Assembly: GCA_963785235.1 (NCBI GenBank)
Contig: CAWAUM010000001.1
Coordinates: 672,001-736,000 of the forward strand
Direction of reading: 5' to 3'
Source of the DNA: an uncultured delta proteobacterium
GTDB taxonomy: Bacteria > Desulfobacterota > Desulfomonilia > UBA1062
Length of the DNA stretch: 64,000 bases
Position numbers and translations under genes: made by a program. Positions 9,437 to 19,017 of the stretch are shown here, piece after piece. The notes under the pieces are model-generated. The model searched no databases and was not told where the DNA came from. It saw nothing but the letters and a program-made list of their open reading frames with translations. The stretch's first letter is position 1, and each line of letters begins with the position of its first letter.

Positions 9437-10552
9437 CTACCCGATGAACTCCAGGGCTATCTTCAGCATCCTGCGTATGGGTTCGGCCGCACCCCACAGG
9501 AGCTGGTCGCCCACGGTGAAGCAGGTGAGGTATTTCTCGCCCAGGTTCATCTTGCGGATGCGGCCCACCGGGACCGTGAGCGTGCCGGTTACGGCAGCCG
9601 GCGTCAGGTGTGTGAGCGTTTCATCTTTGGTGTTGGGGACAACTTTGACCCAGTTATTTGCCCCTGCGATGATCTTCGTTATCTCCTTGATACTGACGTC
9701 CTTCTTGAGTTTGATGGTGAGCCCCTGGGAGTGGCATCGCATGGAGCTTACTCGCACGCAGAGGCCGTCCACCGGGATAGTCTTCTTGGTGCCCAGGATC
9801 TTGTTGGTCTCCACAATGCCCTTCCATTCCTCCCGGCTCTGGCCGTTTTCCATGGCCGAGTCGATCCATGGCAGCAGGTTGGCGGCCAGGGGATAACCGA
9901 ACACTTTCTTGGGGAAGGATTTATCGTGCAAGGAACTGAGAACGAGCTTGTCGAGTTCCAAGGCAGCAGTTGCAGGTTTGTCGAGCAGCTTCTTGGATGC
10001 CTTGCCTACATAAGCCATCTGCTCCACGAGCTCGCGCATGTTGTTCGCTCCTGCGCCTGATGCAGCCTGATAGGTCATGGAGGTGACCCATTCCACCAGG
10101 TTCGCCTTGAACAGGCCGCCGATGCCCATGAGCATGAGGCTCACCGTGCAGTTGCCGCCGATGTAGTCCTTTATGCCCTTTTTCAGACCCTTGTCGATGA
10201 CGTCCCTGTTCACCGGGTCCAGGATAATGATGCTGTCGTTGTTCATCCTCATGGCCGATGATGCATCGATCCAGTAGCCCTTCCATCCGGACTTGCGGAG
10301 CTTGGGATAGACCTCCTTGGTGTGGTCGCTTCCCTGGCATGTGACGATGATGTCGGCGGTCTTCAAGTCCTTGATGTCATAGGCATCCTTCAGCGGTGGT
10401 ATCTTCAGTCCGATCTTCGGGCCCTTCTGCCCCACCTGGGAAGTAGTGTAGAAGACAGGCTCGAAACCGTGGAAGTCGTCTTCCGCCATCATCCTGTCCA
10501 TGAGAACTGACCCGACCATCCCTCGCCAACCGATGAAAGCTACTCGCGCCAT
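9437..10552 (-). CDS. asd: Aspartate-semialdehyde dehydrogenase
   Basis: IGWRGMVGSVL, GGNCTVSLM, TYQAASGAG, RCHSQ, VGDQLLWGAAEP. Confidence 0.97.
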   Translation of the reverse strand: MARVAFIGWRGMVGSVLMDRMMAEDDFHGFEPVFYTTSQVGQKGPKIGLKIPPLKDAYDIKDLKTADIIVTCQGSDHTKEVYPKLRKSGWKGYWIDASSAMRMNNDSIIILDPVNRDVIDKGLKKGIKDYIGGNCTVSLMLMGIGGLFKANLVEWVTSMTYQAASGAGANNMRELVEQMAYVGKASKKLLDKPATAALELDKLVLSSLHDKSFPKKVFGYPLAANLLPWIDSAMENGQSREEWKGIVETNKILGTKKTIPVDGLCVRVSSMRCHSQGLTIKLKKDVSIKEITKIIAGANNWVKVVPNTKDETLTHLTPAAVTGTLTVPVGRIRKMNLGEKYLTCFTVGDQLLWGAAEPIRRMLKIALEFIG

Positions 10553-10626
10553 GTGAATATCCTTTCGCTTTTTGATGCCCTGCCTGGCAGGTCTTTTACA
10601 CACTTAATGGGAAATGCACTTCGGTG

Positions 10627-11904
10627 TCAATCGGGAGAAAAGTTTTCAGGTTTAGAGTTGATCTTATCAAGAACGATAACAAGCGCCAGCCCTAAGACCG
10701 CTAGCCCTGACTCCATGTACAAGGCGTACGTAAATCCGCCGGTAAGCTCTTTTACACGTGCGAAGACAAAGGGCCCTGCAAAGCCCGCAAATCCGCAGGC
10801 GGTAAATATTACACCATAGATCTTGCCGATATTCAAAGGGCCGAATTCATCGGCAGCCAGCGCGGGCATCGTTGCCATGGTACCACCGTAGCAGGCAAGG
10901 AGGTAGAAGCACAGGACAGCGAATATGAAAGTGGTGTTCACATGGGCAAGCAGGGCAAAACCGAGAGCAAAGGAGATGAATATGAGGGCAAAGACCGACT
11001 TTCTCCCGATGAAATCAGATAGCCCAGGCCCAGATGAGCCTGCCAAGGCCGTTGAATATGCCTGCAATGGCCACAATAGTACCGGAAACCAGTAACAATA
11101 GATTTCATCTTCTCATCGGATATTGCACCTCCATAAGCCCTGATCATGACATCCTGTGCTATGGGCGAGAGTTGGGATATCAGGCCGAGCCCGGCAGTGA
11201 TGCTGACAAAGAGCATCATCCACAGGACCCAGAACCGGGGCGTACGCACGGCCTCGGCAAAAGAAGATGAGGCTGGAAGGATCGTGGCACAGGCGGATGA
11301 AGCTGGAGTCCTTATCCGGGGACCACCCATCCGGTGGGTTTACAAGGGTCAGCGCGGCGGTCAGGACCACAGCTAGGCTCAGCAAACCCCACATATAAAA
11401 GGTATTGGCGACCCCATACTTCATTATGAGCACAGGGCCGATATTGCCCAGGGCGAAAGCCCCCAGGCCGTAGCCCATCACGGCAAGACCGGTAAGCTGG
11501 CCACGCTTGTCCGGGAACCACCTGATAAGCGTGGCGATGGGGGTCACATATCCGAATCCTCCCCCTAGCCCGGTTATGATCCCGTAGGCGATTATGAGCA
11601 GGGTGATACTCCTTATACTGTTCGCTACCCCTGCCAGAAGAATCCCCGTGCCGAACAAGATGCCGCCCAGAGAGCCGATGATCCGTGGTGCTATGCGGTC
11701 CACCAGTGTGCCGCCAAAGGCAACGGCCGCTGCGAACATGGCACTGTTTACCATGAAGGCGTACTGGGTCTGGGTCTCACTCCATCCATTAGCAGCCATC
11801 ATGGGTTTTTTAAATATGGACCAGGCATATACTGTTCCAAGACAGAACTGCATTACGATGGCTGAAGCTGCAACAGATCTCCGCCTTGAGGCAGGATCTT
11901 TCAT
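10627..11904 (-). CDS. OFA (oxalate:formate antiporter-like) MFS transporter, multiple frameshifts
   Basis: QFCLGTVYAWSIF, WFPDKRG..GLAVMGYG, RFWVLW and CYGG...FG...GKIYG spread over several frames. Confidence 0.85.
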
Positions 11905-12170
11905 GATGGATTTTCCATAAGAGAGGTAAAGACCATATTCATTATTCATTATTTTACCTTAAAGACCCTTTCCTGGCCTGTAAAGTTCTATATGTGCGTA
12001 TCCCAGTCCAGATCAGTCTGAACTTGACTTAAAAGATCCACGTAAAAAAAAGTAGCGGCAATTTCATAGGAAAGGATTGACTTTGCATGAGAATGCAATT
12101 ATCAAATAGATGTTAAGCAAATTAGTACCTGTATGAGGATATCGGAACTGAAGAACGAGGAGGAGGACCT

Positions 12171-13213
12171 ATGAAAAATCGAAGTATGTTTCGTACAATT
12201 GCAGTTATGGTGTTTCTTATAGTATGTTTTTGTGCATCCGGGGCTTTTGCTGAAAACCGGGAAGGGGCTATCAATATAACCCCGTTTATCGGCGGATTTA
12301 ATACTGATCCAGATTTGCTGTATAAGAATGGACCAGCGTTTGGAATCGGTCTCGGATATAACTTTTCTGAGAAGCTCGGGGCTGAATTCACCTTCCACTA
12401 TGTCAACTCGGAGACCGACGGAGATGTCGTTATAAACGGAAGTTCAATTGACTGGGGCAAGGGTGATGCAAAGGTGTTCATATACAAGCTTGACCTTATC
12501 TACCATCTGACTGGCATTCTCCCTGGCGACCTGATTGTCCCCTACCTCGCAGCCGGTCCCGGCATGATCACGTGGGATCCCGACCGTCGTGATCTTGATA
12601 AAGACGATGACTTCCTGCTCAACTACGGTGGAGGATTAAAGATATTCCTTACCAGGAATCTTGCCCTCAGGGCTGACTTACGGAACGTTATCAATTTCAA
12701 TCAAGGTGATGACAGAGGCAGCAACTTCCTCTACACAGCCGGTCTGACCTATGAGATCGGCGGCAAGGAAAAGGAAGAGGTAAGGGAAGAGGCCCCTGCC
12801 CCGAGCCAGAGCCAGCCCCGGCTCCTGCACCTGTAGTAACACCGCCTCCGCCACCTGCCCCTGCAGTAAAAGAACAGGGCTCCATCATCTTCAGGAACAT
12901 CCAGTTTGATTTAAACAAGTCGAATATCAAACCCGAATCCTACCCGGTTCTCGACGAGGTTGTGGATTACCTGAAGGCCAATCCCAATGTGAAGATGGAG
13001 GTTCAGGGCCATACTTGCAACTTGGGGACAGCAGCGTACAACCTGAAGCTTTCCGACAGGCGGGCCGCTTCCGTGAAGACCTACCTTGTCGGCAAAGGAG
13101 TAGCGGCTGACAGGCTCGAGACAAAGGGTTACGGCCTTACCATGCCTGTGGCACCGAATGACAAGGAAGAGAACAGGGCAAGAAACAGAAGGGTCGAGTT
13201 CAAGCCTATCTAA
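12171..13213 (+). CDS. OmpA/OprF-like outer-membrane protein (frameshift in the Pro-Ala linker near 12815)
   Basis: Signal peptide, beta-barrel, then IQFDLNKS...VQGHTCNLG..YNLKLSDRRA...NRRVEF. Confidence 0.9.
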
Positions 13214-13241
13214 TAGCGGTTGTCTTACAATCTTGCATAGC

Positions 13242-13278
13242 AAGGGAAGTACGGGCTCAAGCCCGTCCTTCCCTTTTT
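13242..13278 (+). terminator. Intrinsic terminator
   Basis: AAGGGAAGTACGGGC-TCAA-GCCCGTCCTTCCCTTTTT. Confidence 0.75.
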
Positions 13279-13502
13279 ACGTTCCGATGACATGACCGGT
13301 GATAGTGGACTTCAGTCATGGAGTCAAAGAAGTATGTTGCCTCCTCTCAGTACCCAGCAATGAGTGACATGTATCCTTTATAGAATATGCTTCATTGACT
13401 CTTTGAGAGTGCATCCTATTATTATGCTAAGATAAATCATAGTCGATGCTGCAAAGAAGGCTTTTTCGACTTTAAAAATATGAGAGCTTTAGGGGAGGGA
13501 AC

Positions 13503-14024
13503 ATGGATGAAAAACAGCGCATTGCAGCGCTAGAGGTAGCACTTCAAAATGAGATAAACGAAAGAGAATTCTATCTCAAGAACGCCGGGCGAACAAGTAA
13601 CGCAATAGGAAAAGCCATGTTTCAAAGGATTGCAGATGATGAACTGGAGCATTACGAGAGGTTAAAAGAGCTTCATGAAAAATGGCTGAAGAAAGATAAA
13701 TGGCCGGAATCACTACCGCTGACAATAAGGATTTCTGATATCCAATCCGTCATGAAGAAACTGGTCAGGAAAGTGGAAGAGTCTCCTGTGGCTGACATTG
13801 ATGACTTGGAGGCAATAGGAATTGCAACTGCATTTGAGGCTAAGGGTTCCGAGGCTTACATGAAACTGAGTAGAAGTGTTATTGATGAAAAAGAAAAGGC
13901 CTTTTTCGAGCTGCTTGCATCCATCGAAAGGGAGCACTACCTCTCCCTGAAGGACGCCGAGGAATACATGAGAGACCCTTCTTCGTGGTTTACCAAAAGG
14001 GAGCATCATGGGCTTGACGGGTGA
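13503..14024 (+). CDS. Rubrerythrin/ferritin-like di-iron protein
   Basis: NE...FY...DELEH and FE...Y...IEREH repeats. Confidence 0.85.
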   Translation: MDEKQRIAALEVALQNEINEREFYLKNAGRTSNAIGKAMFQRIADDELEHYERLKELHEKWLKKDKWPESLPLTIRISDIQSVMKKLVRKVEESPVADIDDLEAIGIATAFEAKGSEAYMKLSRSVIDEKEKAFFELLASIEREHYLSLKDAEEYMRDPSSWFTKREHHGLDG

Positions 14025-14258
14025 TAGGGCTTCCGAGAGTATCCAGTAATATCAACAGAAATCCTTCCAAGAAGGGAGCATGAAATATAGTCCCATTTAA
14101 ACTGTTAATAAAGATAGTTGCTATCCTCATATCATGGAAAGGCCTAAAAAATCCTAATCATTCTGTTGACATGGAAGAGGTGCAGTGATATGTCCTCGTC
14201 CAAGTGATGGATTCGTTTTAAAAGGGCCTTTCTCCAAGACATATGCCTTAATCTGTGG

Positions 14259-14341
14259 CCCCGAAATGGTAAAACACCACGAAACGTAAAGCATGGTTGC
14301 AGTGTCCTGACGTTTGCAATCAGGAATGCTTCATGCCGAAA
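14259..14341 (+). ncRNA. c-di-GMP-I (GEMM)-like riboswitch variant
   Basis: CCGAAATGGTAAA...ACGTAAA-GCATG...TCCTGA/TCAGGA...CATGC-CGAA follows GEMM landmark order, but P2 is truncated. Confidence 0.45.
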
Positions 14342-14390
14342 CAGCAGCTTTTCGAGGTGTATAACTTAATTTTAGGGGAGGATAACTCAG

Positions 14391-15467
14391 ATGAGAATTA
14401 TTGCAATCATCAATCAAAAGGGGGGGTGCGGCAAGACTACAACTGCCATAAACCTCGGTGCATGCCTTGCGCACCTCAGGAAAAGGGTGCTGGTTGTAGA
14501 TCTTGACCCACAGGCGCATGCCACACTTGCCTTCGGCATCAATCCCGGAGAACATGCGAAAAGCATTTATGATCTGCTTACAGAGACCGGAACAGGGATA
14601 GGACAGGCAAATGATGTCATCATGAACCTGTCCGCCAACCTTGACCTGATCCCTTCGGACATCATGGTCAGCGCTGCCGAGCCCATCCTGCTCCAGAGGG
14701 ATAAGCGGGAATATTATCTATCAAATATCCTCAATCCCCTCTCAGAAAAGTATGATTTTATCATAATCGATTGCCCGCCGAACATAGGTATTCTTACTTT
14801 CAATGCATTGCATGCTTGTACCGAGGCAGTTATCCCCATGGAGAGCGGCCTGTTTGCCCTGCATGGCCTGGCAAAACTCCTTGAGACCATCCACCTCATA
14901 AATCTGAAAAAACCTGCCGGGATTACTGCCTATGCCCTTTCCACCATGTATGACCGCAGGACAAGAATAGCCTATGAGTCCCTTGAAGAGCTTCACAAAC
15001 ATATGAATGGGCATGTGTTTAAGACCGTCATCAACCTCAATGTAAAGCTCAAGGAGGCCGCAGGGTATGGCCAGTCCATCATCATGTATGACCCAAACTC
15101 GTCCGGTTCCAAGGATTATCTGAGCCTTGCAAAAGAGATCATGGCTATCAAGAAGCTCAAGAAGGTCAAGACCGATGAAGAGGCCAAATTCCTCAAGCCG
15201 GTTATAACAAAGGACGGTGTAGTGTTCACCTATTATTCACCCAAGGCCTCACAGGTATATGTAGTGGCGGATTTCAATGACTGGGAGGTGGGCAAACTCC
15301 CCATGGTCAACATTGAAGGCACGGGTATGTGGCAGAGGATTGTACCGCTTGGCAAGGGGAGGTACGAATATAAATTCTACGTTGATGGCCAGTGGGTGAG
15401 CGACCCCAATAACCCGGATAAGTCTGTAAACGAGTTCGGCGAAAATTCAAAGATCGAGATTAACTGA
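14391..15467 (+). CDS. ParA/Soj ATPase fused to a C-terminal AMPK-beta-type CBM48 glycogen-binding domain
   Basis: NQKGGCGKTT, DLDPQ, IDCPP, MYDRRT; C-terminal ADFNDW...GMW...GRYEYKFYVDGQWVSDPNNP. Confidence 0.9.
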   Translation: MRIIAIINQKGGCGKTTTAINLGACLAHLRKRVLVVDLDPQAHATLAFGINPGEHAKSIYDLLTETGTGIGQANDVIMNLSANLDLIPSDIMVSAAEPILLQRDKREYYLSNILNPLSEKYDFIIIDCPPNIGILTFNALHACTEAVIPMESGLFALHGLAKLLETIHLINLKKPAGITAYALSTMYDRRTRIAYESLEELHKHMNGHVFKTVINLNVKLKEAAGYGQSIIMYDPNSSGSKDYLSLAKEIMAIKKLKKVKTDEEAKFLKPVITKDGVVFTYYSPKASQVYVVADFNDWEVGKLPMVNIEGTGMWQRIVPLGKGRYEYKFYVDGQWVSDPNNPDKSVNEFGENSKIEIN

Positions 15468-15469
15468 CC

Positions 15470-16312
15470 ATGAAGGAGCGGCCCAAGCTTGGGAGGGGAT
15501 TGCAGGACGTATCGAAATTTTTCCTGACCGGGACCCCGCAGCAAGAACCGGATCAAACCCAGGCCTTGTCTGTTCATGTTGGTAATAAATCCATATGTGT
15601 CTGCTGCCCTTCATCGCCTCTGGTCCAGGCATCCTTTGTGGCAAACATAGCCCTGGAGATGGCAAGGCACCGCTTAGCAGTCATCATTAGAGATTTCTCC
15701 GTCATTGAAGAGGCCCATCTTTCAACCCTCATGCGTAGCGTTATTTCAGAGGATGAAAGGATAAAGGACAAGGCCTTTGTGAAGCTTTATGGACTGCCTC
15801 ACATCGTAATACAGAACAGCGGTAACCAGGGGCTCACAAAAGAAAGGGAAACCTCCGGGTCTGATGCATCTCCTGTGGGGGATATAGACTCAGCAGGCGT
15901 CATGCTGGTAAACCCGCTGCCTCGCTGGATTTCATCCGTGAAGAAAAGCCGTGTGATGAGTATGTTGTCATCACCAGGATGGATGAGAGTGTCCCTTCTT
16001 CAATGCTATGCATATATCAAGGTCATTCATGAGCGCTCTTTTTCAAGCAGGATTCATGTTGTCTTCGACGATGCGGATGCAGGGTTGAACAATGAAGTTT
16101 TTTTCAAAAAACTATCCCGGTTTATCCATGACCACCTGGATTTCGCAATAGATTTTTTCGGCAGCGTGCCAAGAGATGAGCACTTTGAGCGCTCCATCAC
16201 CGATCAAAAGCCATTGGTGCTCTTGGGTGCGGCCTCTGTTACAAAAGATGCCCTTACCAGGATCTGCTCCTGCTTACTTGAAGATTACAAAAGGCAGGAG
16301 GGAAATATATAA
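15470..16312 (+). CDS. Degenerate MinD/FlhG-like protein with N-terminal LGRGL peptide
   Basis: MKERPKLGRGLQDVS; ANIALEMAR..AVIIRDF; SLLQCYAYIK; FFGSVPRDEHFERSITDQKPLV; no Walker A. Confidence 0.65.
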   Translation: MKERPKLGRGLQDVSKFFLTGTPQQEPDQTQALSVHVGNKSICVCCPSSPLVQASFVANIALEMARHRLAVIIRDFSVIEEAHLSTLMRSVISEDERIKDKAFVKLYGLPHIVIQNSGNQGLTKERETSGSDASPVGDIDSAGVMLVNPLPRWISSVKKSRVMSMLSSPGWMRVSLLQCYAYIKVIHERSFSSRIHVVFDDADAGLNNEVFFKKLSRFIHDHLDFAIDFFGSVPRDEHFERSITDQKPLVLLGAASVTKDALTRICSCLLEDYKRQEGNI

Positions 16313-16315
16313 ATC

Positions 16316-16882
16316 ATGATGCGGTTTCTCAAACCTGTAAACATCACTGACTCGGTCCATATTATCAGGATATGTGCGCAGTGGCTTAGCCAGGGGCTTG
16401 GTTTAAGGATCGTGGAGTATCGTATTGGAAACTCCTTTACCGGGAGCATTGATGTCCTGGCCGTTGACAAGGACAAGATCTATCTTGTTACCATCAACAC
16501 AGGCAAGCTCAGCGATGCATTGCTCGGGGCCCTGACCGGTTACCGGTGGTATCTGGAGAACCGGGAGTTTCTCGCCAGGGTCTACCAGCCAGGTGAGGTC
16601 GACTTCACCTTGCCCACGATGCTCATGATCCTCTCCCCATCATTTCCTCCTGAGATTAATTCTATCCTCCAATATAGCCTGAAGGCTGATGTGAGGCTGT
16701 TTCAGTATGTCATCCTCGGTTCGGAAAGTGACCCGGACATCTATGTGGAAGAGATATGCACATCCCAGGCGCTGCAGGAGCTGACACAGGATTTTGCAGG
16801 CCTTACGAAGGAACTCGGGATAGAGAAAGCAGGGCTGACCGACAAGGAGATAAGCGAATTTCTCATGGCCATGCGGGCATGA
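16316..16882 (+). CDS. Degenerate PD-(D/E)XK/NucS-like fold protein
   Basis: GSIDVLAVD...YLVTIN (ExK absent)...ALTGYRWY...LMILSPSF...VRLFQY. Confidence 0.5.
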   Translation: MMRFLKPVNITDSVHIIRICAQWLSQGLGLRIVEYRIGNSFTGSIDVLAVDKDKIYLVTINTGKLSDALLGALTGYRWYLENREFLARVYQPGEVDFTLPTMLMILSPSFPPEINSILQYSLKADVRLFQYVILGSESDPDIYVEEICTSQALQELTQDFAGLTKELGIEKAGLTDKEISEFLMAMRA

Positions 16883-16896
16883 GGAGGCAATCGGAT

Positions 16897-17892
16897 TCAG
16901 TGCGCCGTAGGTTCATCTAGGGTAGGTACCTGCACCGCAGGTTGCTGTACTATGGGCTCCTGTACCGCGGTTGTAGGTTTCTGTACCACTGGTTGCTGTA
17001 CTGCAGGTTGTTGAACAGCAGGAACCTGCACCGTGGGTTGCTGTGCGATGGGCTCCTGTACTGCGGTTGTAGGTTTCTGCAAAGATGGGCTGTCTTTGCT
17101 GGGCAGACTGGAATATGTGACGATTTCAGTAGATTTTATCCACTTTGTCCGTATCTCACTATCAATGCCCTTTTCTTTCACTGCCTGGAGGCCCTGGTTG
17201 ATCAGATTGAGGACCTCTGTATTGCCCTTCCTGACCGCGATCCCATAATACTCTTTGGGTATCTGAACCCCATCGGGCAATATGCAGGTAGTGAGAGAGA
17301 ACTTATCCTTATAACTGTTGTTGCATGTGGCATAATCCAAAGCCATGGGTGAATCGCAAAGTATGCCATCGATAAAGCCTTTTGACAGATCCTTGAATGC
17401 CTTGTCGGTTTCTTCAACCGTATAGAAGGCAATGTTGACCTTCTGGTACAACCTGATCGCCTCTGCCCCGGTTGTTAATTTGAAGGCAGCAATACTCTTT
17501 TCCCGTAATGGTTCTTCTCTCTTGGCCTTGGGGACGACAAAAAGCTGTTCTGTAGTATAATAGGGCTCGGAGAAATCGTACTTGTCTTTTCTGGCCTCCG
17601 TTATACTCACCGAGGCCATCACGGCATCATATTTGCCTTTTTCGAGACCAGTGAATATAGTTTTCCACGGCACCTCTACAAATTTTACCCGAAAACCTGC
17701 AGCCTCTCCCATGGCCTTAATGAGGTCGATCTCATAGCCGATTATCTTCCCCTTCTTGTCTTTCATCTCCATGGGCGGCCAGTTGGGATTTATTGCCACA
17801 ACAAGCGTTTTACCTGCGAGTGCCGGTGTGCTCAGGAACACACATAACAAAATGCCTGACAGCAAATAATGGATCCAGCGTTTCAATACCAT
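16897..17892 (-). CDS. Polar amino-acid ABC substrate-binding protein with Gln/Pro/Val-rich tail
   Basis: PPME..GYEIDL..W..GKYD..SITEARKDKYDFSEPY, EYYGIAVRKG. Confidence 0.9.
   Translation of the reverse strand: MVLKRWIHYLLSGILLCVFLSTPALAGKTLVVAINPNWPPMEMKDKKGKIIGYEIDLIKAMGEAAGFRVKFVEVPWKTIFTGLEKGKYDAVMASVSITEARKDKYDFSEPYYTTEQLFVVPKAKREEPLREKSIAAFKLTTGAEAIRLYQKVNIAFYTVEETDKAFKDLSKGFIDGILCDSPMALDYATCNNSYKDKFSLTTCILPDGVQIPKEYYGIAVRKGNTEVLNLINQGLQAVKEKGIDSEIRTKWIKSTEIVTYSSLPSKDSPSLQKPTTAVQEPIAQQPTVQVPAVQQPAVQQPVVQKPTTAVQEPIVQQPAVQVPTLDEPTAH
16924..17079 (-). repeat. Coding repeat (QKPTTAVQEPIxQQPxVQVP x2 with AVQQP units between)
   Basis: Two similar 60-bp units 96 bp apart. Confidence 0.8.
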
Positions 17893-18042
17893 TCAGTATC
17901 CTCCAAGTAGTGAAATTAGATAATATCCAGAGAAGAACTGCAAGGCAATTTTATTTTTAAAAAAGTATGCTTCACACAGAAGAACCAAAGGCATACAATA
18001 GATCAAGAGCAAATAAGTCGAATTATCATGGGAGGGCGTCCT

Positions 18043-19017
18043 ATGAGCAGATGGATGATGGAGCTGTTCTTGGCATGGATGGAAAAGAACAGCCATATAC
18101 CCATTAACAGACGGCAGTTCATGAAGTATCAGGTAAAAGGGGCGCTCCTTCTCACAACCGTTTCCTCAGGCCTTATCATACCACGGATGCTCCACGGCGC
18201 ATCAGTCCCTGATATCGGGATCGCACAAGGTGACCCTGCAGCAGCAACGCGTGCAGCGGTAAACCTCTTAGGCGGCATGAAGGCCTTTGTCAAGTCAGGC
18301 CAAAAGGTGGTGATAAAGCCCAACATGAGCTTTGACGGTCCTGTATCAGATGCCGTCAATACCCATCCGGAAGTCATCCGTGAGCTCGCCCTCATGTGCA
18401 AAGAGGCCGGTGCCTCCAGGATCAGGGTGCTCGACCATACGCTCCGTCCGTCCGAGCAGTGCATCCAGGGAGCCAGAGATGCATGCCGTGTCTTTGGCAA
18501 TGACATCGTCCATGCCCTTGACAAGGAAGAATTCTACCAGGAGGTTGCGATCAGCAAAGGGGTTTCGTTGAGTCAGACAGATGTCATGAAAGATGTCCTG
18601 GAATCAGATGTCCTCATAGCCGCTCCAGTGGCCAAATCCCATGGCAGTACGGGTGTGAGCCTGTCCATGAAGGGCATGATGGGGCTTGTACTCAACAGAT
18701 CAATAATGCACTGGCGTTACAACCTCCATTCATCCATCGCGGACCTGTGTACCATCCTCAAGCCCAAGCTCGTGGTCATAGACGCCACCAGGGTGCTGAC
18801 CACCAATGGCCCCGGGGGGCCGGGCAAGGTGATTACGCCTAAAACAGTCATTGCCTCCCGCGACATGGTGGCTGCAGACGCAACGGCTGTAGCCATGTTT
18901 GAGTGGTACGGTAAAAAAATGGAACCCCGCCAGGTAAAACATATCAAACTCGCACATGAACGGGGCCTTGGCCGCATGGACATCCAGAACCTCAATACCA
19001 AGAAAGTCATTGCCTAG
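18043..19017 (+). CDS. DUF362 family protein with Tat motif
   Basis: RRQFMK, VVIKPN, THPEV, PVAKSH, SMKGMMG. Confidence 0.85.
   Translation: MSRWMMELFLAWMEKNSHIPINRRQFMKYQVKGALLLTTVSSGLIIPRMLHGASVPDIGIAQGDPAAATRAAVNLLGGMKAFVKSGQKVVIKPNMSFDGPVSDAVNTHPEVIRELALMCKEAGASRIRVLDHTLRPSEQCIQGARDACRVFGNDIVHALDKEEFYQEVAISKGVSLSQTDVMKDVLESDVLIAAPVAKSHGSTGVSLSMKGMMGLVLNRSIMHWRYNLHSSIADLCTILKPKLVVIDATRVLTTNGPGGPGKVITPKTVIASRDMVAADATAVAMFEWYGKKMEPRQVKHIKLAHERGLGRMDIQNLNTKKVIA

Noticed and set aside
14391-15467. Chromosomal parA or plasmid partition locus
   Set aside because: No ParB CTPase (GERR) gene, no parS palindrome noticed and no ori or rep genes; the CBM48 fusion argues against it
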